Shown here piece by piece: positions 20,060 to 29,804 of a stretch of DNA of 64,000 bases. Made by a program: the position numbers and the translations under genes. The notes under the pieces are model-generated. The model did not search any database, had not been told where the DNA came from, and saw nothing but the letters and a program-made list of their open reading frames with translations. Source of the stretch: an uncultured bacterium. Its GTDB lineage: Bacteria; Zixibacteria; MSB-5A5; GN15; FEB-12. The stretch spans positions 1-64,000 of the forward strand of contig CBDVDR010000019.1 of assembly GCA_965372795.1 (NCBI GenBank). The letters run 5' to 3'. Position 1 is the first letter of the stretch, and the number at the start of each line of letters is the position of its first letter.

Positions 20060-20599
20060 TTATTCTACTGTGCTGAGGGATTCCATAATTCGAGTGCTCA
20101 TATTCTGGTAAGCAATAATTTCAACAAGACTCAGAATATCTTGATCAGATAAACCTTCACTTTTTAGTTTTAGAATATCTTTAGGACTGCAAGCATTTGG
20201 TGAACGAGTAACTTTCACCGCAAAATCAGCTATAAGTAATTCCCGATCACTTAAATCAGCTTTAGTGTAATCTTCGGCAACTCGCTTTGCCAGTTCTTTA
20301 TCTCTTGCCACTCGACCGAGGGCTTCACGATGACTGGCAGTTCAGTGAACACATCCAATAAATGAAGAGGTTACCAAAGCGACAATTTCTTTTTCACGCA
20401 CTGTAAACCCAGTTGCATTTTTATATACAGCAACACATAAACTATCAATATGGTTTGAGACTTCCGGCGTTAAACTTGTGATTCGTGTAAGATCGGAAAT
20501 CTCACCGGTCATTGAATTTTTTGTTTTCTGATATAGTTGTCTGGCTTCTTCGTTTGCTGTATCATCATTTTCAATTTGAATCCATGGTACCCAGGGCAT
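20060..20599 (-). CDS. AhpD/carboxymuconolactone-decarboxylase-like peroxidase-related selenoprotein (179 aa, Sec86 in CxxU)
   Basis: The 85-aa and 83-aa ORFs are in the same frame: ...GGA TGT GTT CAC TGA ACT GCC AGT CAT CGT GAA GCC CTC GGT CGA GTG GCA AGA = GCVHUTASHREALGRVAR. This matches the AhpD E-x9-10-CxxCxxxH motif. AGGAG RBS; selA, selB and selC are in the window. Confidence 0.92.
20307..20323 (-). promoter_or_regulatory. Candidate bacterial SECIS element
   Basis: GCCCUC-GGUC-GAG(U)GGC hairpin starting 19 nt after the UGA at 20342-20344; the G-starting apical loop is 24 nt from the UGA. Confidence 0.7.
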
Positions 20600-20714
20600 T
20601 ATTTTCTCCTTTGTAAAATTGATTGTCTTTAAGGTTTATAAACTTTTATAATCATAATGTCCATAATTAAATTATTTATAAATTATTTTGGTATTTGATA
20701 GAGTTATCTGTATT

Positions 20715-20749
20715 GGTCAGGTCTCGAAGCCAAGAGAGACCTGACCTAC
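20715..20749 (-). repeat. GTAG-type REP-like hairpin
   Basis: GGTCAGGTCTC...GAGACCTGACC inverted repeat ending in CTAC. Confidence 0.7.
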
Positions 20750-20781
20750 AGAGATTTCTATATTTTAAATAACTTTGAAAA

Positions 20782-21501
20782 CTATATTGAGCGGACGGGC
20801 ATATTAAAAATGTCGTCGATCAGAATGTGTTCTTTGATAGTATAGGCTTCAGCATAAGCAACGTTCACAAGCTGTCCAAAATGATGTCCGCGGGTTTGCA
20901 TCAAATCGACAATCCCTACTCCCGGTTTGAATATCTGTTTTGAAATCTGATCATCGGAAAACTGTGATTTATAAGCCAGAACGGCTTCGAGTTTTTGTTC
21001 AAACTCTTCGGAAATATCCACCAGAAATGAAAAATCTTTATTACGATAATAATAGGCATAAACAATTTTGCTCGGACGGTGCGGTTCGCCGTTTAGATCA
21101 GCTTTTTTAAGTCCTGCCAAAAAGCAGGCATCCCATCCCAACCGTGAACAAGCCAGATGATCGGGGTGGCGTTGTTCCCAATGCGGAAGGACAACCAGTT
21201 CCGGTTTGGTGTCGCGGATAACCTGAGCAAGTTTAAGTTTATTCTCCTGATTATACTCGACTCCTGAGTCAGGCAACCGAAGGTTGTCGCGCCAGACAAG
21301 CCCCATAATTTTGGCAGCATTGGCAGCTTCGGCGGCACGTTCGTTTTCATCACCAAAAGTGCCCATCTCGCCCTGAGTAAGATCAAGGGCTCCCACCTGA
21401 CGTCCGGCTTTGACCTGCTTGATAAGCATCCCGCCGGCAGTAATCTCGGTATCATCGGGATGAGCCGCAATTGAGAGAACATCAAGGTTACTGTCAGCCA
21501 T
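20782..21501 (-). CDS. bshB1: Bacillithiol biosynthesis deacetylase BshB1 (PIG-L family)
   Basis: AAHPDD, DLTQGEMGT, RHPDH, AYKSQF and YAEAY motifs; follows bshA. Confidence 0.9.
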   Translation of the reverse strand: MADSNLDVLSIAAHPDDTEITAGGMLIKQVKAGRQVGALDLTQGEMGTFGDENERAAEAANAAKIMGLVWRDNLRLPDSGVEYNQENKLKLAQVIRDTKPELVVLPHWEQRHPDHLACSRLGWDACFLAGLKKADLNGEPHRPSKIVYAYYYRNKDFSFLVDISEEFEQKLEAVLAYKSQFSDDQISKQIFKPGVGIVDLMQTRGHHFGQLVNVAYAEAYTIKEHILIDDIFNMPVRSI

Positions 21502-22624
21502 TTAAAATTTCCTCGTAATGTTGTTCGTATTCGGTCACGATTTTTTCTGAGCGGAATTTATTGGATGCCATTTCAAAGGCATATTTCTTGAATTCTGTCA
21601 AACGGTTAGTATCTTTTAAAAGAGCAACCGAAGCTCGCGCCATTGACGAGGTGTCTCCCACCGGCAGTAAAAAGCCGTTTTTAAAATCTTCGACAACTTC
21701 CACTAAACCGGTGCCAGAGGTTCCTACGACCGGTACGCCGCAGGCGAGCGCCTCAAGGGCTGCCAGTCCGAATGATTCCTCTTCCGAAGGAAGCAGAAAC
21801 AGATCGGCACATGGCAGAATCGCCTCGATACGGTTTTGATTGCCAAGGAAAATTACTTTGTCAGCCATCCCCCGTTTATTTATCTGTCGTCTTGCTAAAA
21901 TAGTATCGGGACCTTCACCTATCAGTAAAAGTTTCGCCGGAAGTTCAGCCGAAATTTTATCAAAAATATCAATCACATCGAGAGTTCTTTTTACCGGACG
22001 GAAATTAGAAACATGCATAATTAGAAATTCATCATCTTTTGCAAATTCTTTACGAGTACATCCGGAAGCGTTGGGGCTGAACCTTGATTCATCAAAAAAG
22101 TTATGGATGACCTTAATTTCTTTGTCGAGTTTGAAGACATCAGCTGTTTCTTCAGCCAGATAATTCGAGACGGCTGTGATACCATCGGAGGCGTTGATTG
22201 AGAATCTGGTTATGTCATAGAAAGAAGGATCGGCTCCAACCAAAGTAATATCAGTGCCATGCAGGGTTGTTGTAATTTTTGGCATGGTTCCGCCGTTTTC
22301 ATTCATCATTTGCCGGGCAAGATAGGCACAGGCAGCATGAGGAATCGCATAGTGAACATGAAGAATATCCAGTTTAGAATTACGGGCGACCTCAGCCATT
22401 TTTGCCGCTAAGGTTAAAGTATAGGGAGGGAATTTAAATAACGGATAGGCGGTTGTTTCTACGCCATGATAAAAAATATTCGATTGATATTTATCGAGCC
22501 GAAACGGAAGGGCGTAGGTTATAAAATGAACTTGATGCCCTCTGGTGGCAAGTTGTTGACCGAGTTCGGTTGCAACAATTCCGGAACCACCGGCAACAGG
22601 ATAACAGGTAATACCAATATTCAT
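21494..22624 (-). CDS. bshA: N-acetyl-alpha-D-glucosaminyl L-malate synthase BshA
   Basis: IGITCYP..GGSGIVATELG, HVHYAIPHA, TTLHGTDITLVG, SNFRPVKR and ESFGLAALEA motifs. Confidence 0.95.
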   Translation of the reverse strand: MNIGITCYPVAGGSGIVATELGQQLATRGHQVHFITYALPFRLDKYQSNIFYHGVETTAYPLFKFPPYTLTLAAKMAEVARNSKLDILHVHYAIPHAACAYLARQMMNENGGTMPKITTTLHGTDITLVGADPSFYDITRFSINASDGITAVSNYLAEETADVFKLDKEIKVIHNFFDESRFSPNASGCTRKEFAKDDEFLIMHVSNFRPVKRTLDVIDIFDKISAELPAKLLLIGEGPDTILARRQINKRGMADKVIFLGNQNRIEAILPCADLFLLPSEEESFGLAALEALACGVPVVGTSGTGLVEVVEDFKNGFLLPVGDTSSMARASVALLKDTNRLTEFKKYAFEMASNKFRSEKIVTEYEQHYEEILNG

Positions 22625-24249
22625 CAGGAATATAACTCCGATAATTTAATTATTTGATGAGCTTTTTCTTCGCTGTCCAATGATTCATAAAGTTTATCAA
22701 TTATATCTAAACCATATTTGGCAATAAAGTAAGATATATTCAAAGACCTTTCCTGCAAAGCCCGATTAGTATAATTTGCGTGCCATAGTTTATAAATTTT
22801 TTCTCTTGTTTGCTGAGATTTTTTTTTGTGAGATGAAAACACCTTGCCTTCAAAAGCTTTTAAATTAAAATCAATCTTCCCCATAATTTGCTCTGAGAAT
22901 TTTTGTAATGAACTGTCAAACTGAAGTGAATCGGTTGAAAACTCATTAAAGTGCTGTTTAATATGATCTTTTAGAATAATAAATTTTTCATCCAGGTCTT
23001 TTGGAAAAGATTTTTCCATCACACGGTTTACAACCTGCTCGATATCTCCGGTAAGTTCCTCAAATTTGATTTCAAAATCATCCATAACTTTTTCAAATCT
23101 TTTTTCAAGAACCGTTGCCGAAGCTCTCCCTTTGTAATAAGGAGCAACCAGATCAAAAACTTCAAAGATCGGGTTGATCTGAGCCAGATAGGCGATTTCC
23201 GCCGGGCCGCCTTTTTGGCTGAGAACCGGAAACAGAAACGATTGCATCACCGGACGGGTCATAACATCGGGCGAGAATCTTTGGGGATGTTTTTCCAGAC
23301 ATTCGAGTAATTCATCTTTTGTAAAAGTCCGGTCGCCTACTTTGAAATGATTATCTTCCCGTAGAATAGATTTACGCCCTTCAAGATTATAAAACAGATA
23401 AGCGGCGTTGTCTTTTTTCTCAACCTGAATGTGATATCCTTCACCGACAATACTTTTGTTAGTTTTTGTGACAAGATCATGCAGACGGTCCTGCTTTTCA
23501 AGAATCTGTATAAAATACGGTTTTGCTAATTGTTTCGCATCTTCATCACCCGGATTAAAAAATACAAGCCCCAGTTTTTCGGTAAGCTTGGCCATGAATT
23601 TCCCAAAGGCGGTGACGAAAGTATCCTCGATAGTATAGGCATGTTCAATCAGATCATAGAGATCACAGGTAAAATCAGTTTCTCCGAGGGTATCTTTCAA
23701 AAGCTGTTTGGCTTTGTGAAGTTCTACTTCATCAGAGAATTGAATTTCAGAAGTTGGCAGTTCGAGGGGCGGTTCTGTTTCATAGGCAATTTTGACCGGT
23801 TCGGAATCACGATTTAGAATAAAAGTGTGGTTTGCTTCCTCAAAATCATGATCATCACCGGCAATCCAGAAAATCGGCACTACCGGACGGTTTAACTCTT
23901 TTTCATAAAGCTCCGCCGCTTTTACAATCGCCAGGGCTTTTAAAATAACCAATAACGGTCCGCTGAAGAGACACGCCTGTTGACCTGAAAAAAGACAAAC
24001 CGCATTTGGCTGTTTCAGTTTTTCGATATTTTTGAATGTCTTTTCAGAAGCATTAAAATTTTCATTCTGTTTTTTCAGAACAGCAACGATTGATTCACGA
24101 TTGTAATTGATTTTATCAAGAGAATCGGCGACAGTTTTCAAATCCGGTGACAGATAGAAATTTTTCGCCGACTCTCTTTCTTCAAGAAAATCGATATAAA
24201 TTTTTGAATACCCCAGTTTTTTATCCGGAGCAATTAAACTATTATTCAA
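22624..24249 (-). CDS. bshC: Bacillithiol biosynthesis cysteine-adding enzyme BshC
   Basis: GQQ..LFSGPL..ILKA, VPIFWIAGDDHDFEE, FSPDV..RP, GGPAEIAY.AQ and LQERSLN motifs. Confidence 0.92.
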   Translation of the reverse strand: MNNSLIAPDKKLGYSKIYIDFLEERESAKNFYLSPDLKTVADSLDKINYNRESIVAVLKKQNENFNASEKTFKNIEKLKQPNAVCLFSGQQACLFSGPLLVILKALAIVKAAELYEKELNRPVVPIFWIAGDDHDFEEANHTFILNRDSEPVKIAYETEPPLELPTSEIQFSDEVELHKAKQLLKDTLGETDFTCDLYDLIEHAYTIEDTFVTAFGKFMAKLTEKLGLVFFNPGDEDAKQLAKPYFIQILEKQDRLHDLVTKTNKSIVGEGYHIQVEKKDNAAYLFYNLEGRKSILREDNHFKVGDRTFTKDELLECLEKHPQRFSPDVMTRPVMQSFLFPVLSQKGGPAEIAYLAQINPIFEVFDLVAPYYKGRASATVLEKRFEKVMDDFEIKFEELTGDIEQVVNRVMEKSFPKDLDEKFIILKDHIKQHFNEFSTDSLQFDSSLQKFSEQIMGKIDFNLKAFEGKVFSSHKKKSQQTREKIYKLWHANYTNRALQERSLNISYFIAKYGLDIIDKLYESLDSEEKAHQIIKLSELYS

Positions 24250-24263
24250 TTAGATTTCCTCTT

Positions 24264-27200
24264 TTAGGCTTGTTGGACTTCCTTCTTTTCTTTTCTGAAA
24301 AATCCTACAAAATCATCAACCAGCGTATAAACCACCGGTACAACAACCAGAGTTAACAAGGTTGATGAAATAATACCGCCAATTGCGGCTCTTGCCATCG
24401 GCGCCCTGAATTCGGCACCCGGTCCGATTCCCAGTGCTAATGGTAACATACCGAAAACCATTGCAAAAGTAGTCATTAAAATCGGGCGAAGTCTTATCGG
24501 TCCGGCTTTTAAAATGGCATCATATCTTGAAACGCCTTCATCACGAAGTTGTTTCACAAAATCGATTAATAGAATAGCATTTTTTGTAACCAGCCCCATC
24601 AACAGCACAATTCCAATCATTGACATAATTGAAAAAGATGAACCAATCAAGCCCAAAATGGCACCAATTAATGATAATGGCAGAGATAACATAATTGATA
24701 AAGGATCAAAAAATGACTCAAATTGTGAGGCTAACAGTAAATAGATGAAAATAACCGCCAGAGCCAGAGCCAATAAAATTTCAGTAAATGATTCTTCCAT
24801 CATTTCAGCTTCACCTACCGGTTCAATAATATAGCCGGGAGGTAATTCAATCTTAGCGACTTCCTCTTTAATCAGATTAGTAATTGTTCCTGCAAATGAC
24901 CCACTAACAACATTTGAGTTCACCCGAACTTCACGTTGACGATCATATCTGTTAAATTCACCAATCGCCGTCGTTTTGGTTAGTGTGGCAATCCGGTCAA
25001 GAGGGAATTGCATGTTTCCACCCGATGTCTTTTCTTTTTCACTCCTGATAAGGATTCTACCGATATCTTCTGTTGAGTTTCTAAATGGCTCATCAAGACG
25101 CATTAACACTTCATACTCTTCATCGCCATCTTTGAAATTAGTAACAACATCTCCCTCAACTAAAGACCTGACGGTCATCGGAATTTCCAATAGACCAAGC
25201 TTAAGATCACTGGCAAGTTGACGGTCTATTGAAACCTGCAATTCCGGTTTGCCTTCTTCAAGGGTATTATCAACATCAGCCGTACCGGGGGTGTTTCTGA
25301 AAATCTTTTCAACTTGATGAGCGAGCCTGACAAGTTCATCCATATCAGAACCGCGTATAGAAAGTTCAATCGGTTTTTCTCCACCGCCTTCGCCGCCTGA
25401 GAAATCAACAGAAGATTTTATTCCGGCAACATCTTTAATAAATACACGAGTTGAATCCATGAATTGAAAAACTGTAATGTCGCGTTCGCTTTTATCAATA
25501 AGCTCAACTAAAATCTGCCCCTGAGTTACCGGATTATCTCCTGCGCCGATAGTGATAAACGTATTTTTGATTTCATCAATATTTAGCAATAACAAATCTT
25601 CAACTTCTGCCATTAATTTAGCAGTTTCGGTCAAATTTGTTCCGGGAGGAGTAGTAATATTGACAGCGTACTTGCCTTCATCTGCCTGGGTCATGAACTC
25701 CGAACCGACAAATCGCGCCATATATAATGCTCCGGCGAATGATAGTACGGCAACTACGATTACGAGCCATCGGGTATTAAGGGAGCCTCTCAATAATTTT
25801 AGGTACATCGGTACAATGCCATCGAAAATTTTATTCCAGAATCCAAGAACCTTTAATATCGGTTTCCAAAATATATTTATAAAACGAGCAATGGCTCCAA
25901 GCATCCCTTTTCGTTCTGCATATGGTTCATTAACCTGTAAAAATCTCGAGGATAACATTGGGGTCAAAGTAAAGGCAACAAACAGTGAGATCAAAACCGC
26001 TACGGCAACCGTAATTCCAAATTCAGTGAAGAATTGTCCAATGATACCGCTCATGAAAGCAATTGGCACAAACACCGCTACAATCGAAAGAGTGGTCGCC
26101 ATAACTGCCAGTCCGATTTCTTTGGTACCGGTAAAGGCGGCTTCCATTGCAGATTTGCCCTGATCCATATGTCTGTAAATGTTTTCAATAACCACAATCG
26201 CATCATCGATCAATATTCCGACTGCTAAAGACAATCCCATCAGCGTCATAATATTGATTGTAAACCCAAAGGCATTCATGACTGTAAAGGTTGCAATAAT
26301 CGAAATCGGGATTGAGAGTCCGGTGATAATCGTAGGGCGGAAACTAAGCAGGAATAAAAAGATAACAATTACTGCCAGAGCCGTACCGAACTGAATATTG
26401 AATATAATTTCATGAACCGAATCTTCAATAAATTTCGCAGCATCGTTCACAATTTCAATACTTAAATCCGGCGGCATCTCCCCCCTGAGAATTTCTAACT
26501 GTTCTTTTACATCCCGCGCTACTTCAACAGTATTTGCACCGGACTGTTTAATAATCTGCATCGACACCGCCTGTTTGCCGTTGTAGAGCGACAGAGACCT
26601 TTGTTCCTGAACCGTATCCACAACTCGGGCAACATCACTTAAATAAACCGGAACGCCTTTATTCCTTTTAATAATAACATCATTGAATTGAGAAACCTTT
26701 GTAAGCCTTCCCGCCATGCGAATAATATATTCTCTGGAATGTTCATCAACTCGTCCGCCGGGAATTTCCATGTTAGCTTCAGCTATATTTCTTTGAAGGT
26801 CGGAAACGGTAACTCCATACGATTCCATTTTTTCAGGATCAACCGCAATAGAGATTTCTCTTTCCTGTCCCCCAATTAATCTGACATTACCAACACCATT
26901 GATAGATTCAAGACGGCGCTTGATAATATTTTTGGCCAGTTCTGTAATTTCGCGTGCCGGTCGTTTACCTGATACTGCAATCGATAGAATCGGGGTAGCT
27001 GTCGGGTCAAATTGGCTGACAATCGGATCTTCAATATCATCCGGTAAATCACCACGAACCGTAGATACTTTTTCTCTGATTCTTTGAGTCGATTCACCAC
27101 CTTCCTGAGAAAGTTCAAATTCAATAATTAAAAGAGAAAAACTTTCCCGTGATATCGACCTGATATGTCTGATTCCGGAGGCTTCATTACAGGCATCCTC

Positions 27201-27401
27201 GATTTTTTTAGTGACTTCACTTTCAACAGTTTCTGCCGAGGCTCCGGGATAAACAGTTTGAACAACAGTAATTGGAAAATCAATTTTGGGGTACATATCA
27301 ACAGAAAGTTTTCCGTATGAAAAAATACCCAGTACTAACAAAGCACCGATCATCATGGTGGCAAAAACCGGTCGACTTATAGATATTTCTGATATTCTCA
27401 T
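24264..27401 (-). CDS. RND efflux transporter permease (AcrB/AcrD/AcrF family)
   Basis: 1045 aa; SISRPVFA, GILIDDAIVVIENI, KNAILLID and RLRPILMTT motifs. Confidence 0.96.
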   Translation of the reverse strand: MRISEISISRPVFATMMIGALLVLGIFSYGKLSVDMYPKIDFPITVVQTVYPGASAETVESEVTKKIEDACNEASGIRHIRSISRESFSLLIIEFELSQEGGESTQRIREKVSTVRGDLPDDIEDPIVSQFDPTATPILSIAVSGKRPAREITELAKNIIKRRLESINGVGNVRLIGGQEREISIAVDPEKMESYGVTVSDLQRNIAEANMEIPGGRVDEHSREYIIRMAGRLTKVSQFNDVIIKRNKGVPVYLSDVARVVDTVQEQRSLSLYNGKQAVSMQIIKQSGANTVEVARDVKEQLEILRGEMPPDLSIEIVNDAAKFIEDSVHEIIFNIQFGTALAVIVIFLFLLSFRPTIITGLSIPISIIATFTVMNAFGFTINIMTLMGLSLAVGILIDDAIVVIENIYRHMDQGKSAMEAAFTGTKEIGLAVMATTLSIVAVFVPIAFMSGIIGQFFTEFGITVAVAVLISLFVAFTLTPMLSSRFLQVNEPYAERKGMLGAIARFINIFWKPILKVLGFWNKIFDGIVPMYLKLLRGSLNTRWLVIVVAVLSFAGALYMARFVGSEFMTQADEGKYAVNITTPPGTNLTETAKLMAEVEDLLLLNIDEIKNTFITIGAGDNPVTQGQILVELIDKSERDITVFQFMDSTRVFIKDVAGIKSSVDFSGGEGGGEKPIELSIRGSDMDELVRLAHQVEKIFRNTPGTADVDNTLEEGKPELQVSIDRQLASDLKLGLLEIPMTVRSLVEGDVVTNFKDGDEEYEVLMRLDEPFRNSTEDIGRILIRSEKEKTSGGNMQFPLDRIATLTKTTAIGEFNRYDRQREVRVNSNVVSGSFAGTITNLIKEEVAKIELPPGYIIEPVGEAEMMEESFTEILLALALAVIFIYLLLASQFESFFDPLSIMLSLPLSLIGAILGLIGSSFSIMSMIGIVLLMGLVTKNAILLIDFVKQLRDEGVSRYDAILKAGPIRLRPILMTTFAMVFGMLPLALGIGPGAEFRAPMARAAIGGIISSTLLTLVVVPVVYTLVDDFVGFFRKEKKEVQQA

Positions 27402-28429
27402 TATTCACCCATCGCAACATCAATAAGTTTTACTTTAATATCATCATCGAGGTAGTTCTGACCTACTGTTACCAAAGTATCATTAGGTGCTAATCCCTGT
27501 TCGACTATAACTTTCCCATCAAGATCGAGACCAAGTTGAATTTCTATTCTTTTAGCTTTTCCATTAACAACCACATAAACTGTTGGGATATTATCCAGTT
27601 CAATAATAGCCGAGCGAGGAATAATCAGAGCCGCTTCAATTTGGTTTAAAACAATTTCCACCCGGGCAAACATCCCCGGTTGAAGTTTATTATCAATATT
27701 ATTAAAGATCGCTTCCACCTGAATTGCCCGTGTTATGGGTTCAGCTGATTTTGCAACTGAGACAACTTTTCCTTTTAGCGGATTTCCGCCATTTGCAAAA
27801 ACAGAAACATTGTCACCTTCGGTGATATATTTAATTTCATTCGGTTTAACATCAAATTTGATTCGAATTTTATTTGTCGTGGCAACGGTTGCAAGTTTCT
27901 GTCCGGGAGTTAAAAAATCACCTTCTGATACATGAACCGAGGTCACAATTCCATCAATGGGTGATTCAATTTCCACTAATTGCTTCGCAGCTTCGAACGA
28001 GGCTTTGTTAATTTCATATTCAGTATTAACAGCATCAAATTGAGTCTCACTGATAGCACCTTCTTTATAGAGGTATTCCATTTTTATCGAATTCTTTTCA
28101 GAATTAGCAAACAAGGAATAAGCTTGTTGATACTGCGAGGTGGGTCCCTTTTTATCAAGCAATATAATTACCTTCCCCTTTTTTACTTTGTCACCCTCTT
28201 TAACAATGATCTGCTCTACCACTTCGGAAATTTTAGAGCAAATCACAGCTTGTTTTTCCCCTTCAAGAGAACCGGTATAGGAACGCGTTAAGGTTTCATC
28301 AGACAGAGAAAGAAGCTCCGCTTTGACAGAGACGACTCTTTCTTTGTTTTCGAAAGTTTCATCATTAACACATGATTGGGTTGCTATTAAAGCACCCAGC
28401 AAAACTAAGTTTAAAAAATATTTTTTCAT
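27401..28429 (-). CDS. RND efflux periplasmic adaptor (MFP) lipoprotein
   Basis: Lipobox TQSC; VKEGDKVKKG, IESPIDGIV and LQPGMFARV motifs. Alternative TTG start at 28438. Confidence 0.93.
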   Translation of the reverse strand: MKKYFLNLVLLGALIATQSCVNDETFENKERVVSVKAELLSLSDETLTRSYTGSLEGEKQAVICSKISEVVEQIIVKEGDKVKKGKVIILLDKKGPTSQYQQAYSLFANSEKNSIKMEYLYKEGAISETQFDAVNTEYEINKASFEAAKQLVEIESPIDGIVTSVHVSEGDFLTPGQKLATVATTNKIRIKFDVKPNEIKYITEGDNVSVFANGGNPLKGKVVSVAKSAEPITRAIQVEAIFNNIDNKLQPGMFARVEIVLNQIEAALIIPRSAIIELDNIPTVYVVVNGKAKRIEIQLGLDLDGKVIVEQGLAPNDTLVTVGQNYLDDDIKVKLIDVAMGE

Positions 28430-28442
28430 TATTCTCAATCCA

Positions 28443-29804
28443 TTAATTTATTATTAGGGTTGTTGCTTTTTCTAATTCAGCTTTTGCTTTTCTATATGAA
28501 AATTCAGCTATTGCCTGTGAATTCCCGGCCGAGGTCAAAGCAGCCTGGGCAGACAGCACTTCTAACTGGGTGCCGATACCGCTTTTATAACGTAAATTGG
28601 CAATCCGTAATCCTTCATCCGCCTGTGCGATAGTTTCACCTTGAACACTAAGAGTTCTTCTTGCCTGAAGAAGCTGATCATAAGCGCGTTCTACTTCAAG
28701 TTTGATCTTATCACGAGTTTCACTCAGGGCTAATCTTGTCTGATTATATTCCGCTTTACGGTTAGTAACATCACCTCTGGTATAGCCGCCATTGAAGATC
28801 GGAATTGTAACGCTTATTCCGGCTGTGAAAGATTTACTTCTATTTTCATTTAAGGTAAAAGCATCCGAAGATGACTGGATATTATATGCCGAAATGGCAT
28901 CAAATGACGGGTAGTAACCGCCTTTTGCAATTCTGATAGCTTTACTTGAAATATCTGTCAACAACTCCGCCTGTTTCATTTCCGGTCTCGTACTCAATGC
29001 GGTCGATGATAGTTCTTCCAAAGTTGGGAAATTGGTTAAATTAGTATCAACCTTTTCTTCAACAAGTATCAGTTCTTCATTTAGGTCCATACCCAAAAAA
29101 GATTTTATATCTTTATGAGATAATTTTAGATTACTCTCACCCTGTAAAAGCCCCGGTTTGAGATTTCCGACTTCCACTTTTGCCCGTAGAAGTTCAAAAT
29201 CCGATTTCACACCCTGACTGTGCATCTTTTCAACCACTTCAAGATTAAGAGAGGCGGCTTCGTATTCTTTATTTACCACTTCAAGATTGGAACGGTTTAA
29301 AATAGCAGCGTAAAAAAGAAGTTCGGCCGAATATAAGACCTCGGCTTCAACTTGAGCTGTTAAAGCACTGGCATATTTTTTATACTGTTTTGCAATGGCA
29401 AGGGCTGAAAAAACTTTTCCACCCTGATACAAAGGCTGCTTGATCATTAAGGTAGTTGTGAAATTATTTTTAAAGCCGGTTTTAAATTCAATAACCTCAT
29501 TATCGGCCGTTACAAAAAAGGATGGGATTGTAAAATTACGAGTATATCCGCCGGTAATATCAATCGTTGGCAGCGCACCTGATTTTGCTTTGGTAATTTC
29601 ACTTCCGGCTTTGGTGATTTCCTCTTTTGCCTGCAGATAGGTTCTATTAAACTCTAACGCGCGGGCACGAACATCACCGAGAGTCATTGTAGTGGCAGCA
29701 TTCAGCGATGAATGATTGAAGCTTATTAATAATAATAAGACAACAAAAAGCATATTCAATCGCTTCTTTAAATCAAAATTCTTGTTGTCAGTAATGGTTC
29801 TCAT
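28443..29804 (-). CDS. TolC family outer membrane efflux protein
   Basis: Two OEP repeats (LPTIDI, YYPSFD; RYKSGIGTQLEVLSAQ); located in the RND operon. Confidence 0.92.
   Translation of the reverse strand: MRTITDNKNFDLKKRLNMLFVVLLLLISFNHSSLNAATTMTLGDVRARALEFNRTYLQAKEEITKAGSEITKAKSGALPTIDITGGYTRNFTIPSFFVTADNEVIEFKTGFKNNFTTTLMIKQPLYQGGKVFSALAIAKQYKKYASALTAQVEAEVLYSAELLFYAAILNRSNLEVVNKEYEAASLNLEVVEKMHSQGVKSDFELLRAKVEVGNLKPGLLQGESNLKLSHKDIKSFLGMDLNEELILVEEKVDTNLTNFPTLEELSSTALSTRPEMKQAELLTDISSKAIRIAKGGYYPSFDAISAYNIQSSSDAFTLNENRSKSFTAGISVTIPIFNGGYTRGDVTNRKAEYNQTRLALSETRDKIKLEVERAYDQLLQARRTLSVQGETIAQADEGLRIANLRYKSGIGTQLEVLSAQAALTSAGNSQAIAEFSYRKAKAELEKATTLIIN

Noticed and set aside
20060..20599. 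Pseudogene or two separate small genes
   Set aside because: The UGA falls on the catalytic Cys position with a downstream SECIS-like hairpin and Sec machinery nearby, so readthrough is the better explanation.
19200..20760. Integron attC cassette array
   Set aside because: The hairpins end in CTAC (REP-like) rather than showing RYYYAAC/GTTRRRY cores, the genes carry their own upstream regions and differ in orientation, and there is no intI.
18240..20780. Integrase-type genomic island at tRNA-Sec
   Set aside because: No integrase gene and no duplicated tRNA 3' end (attR) was seen.
25552..26163. 203-aa plus-strand ORF and other short antisense ORFs in the track
   Set aside because: They are shadows of well-supported minus-strand genes and have no recognisable motifs.
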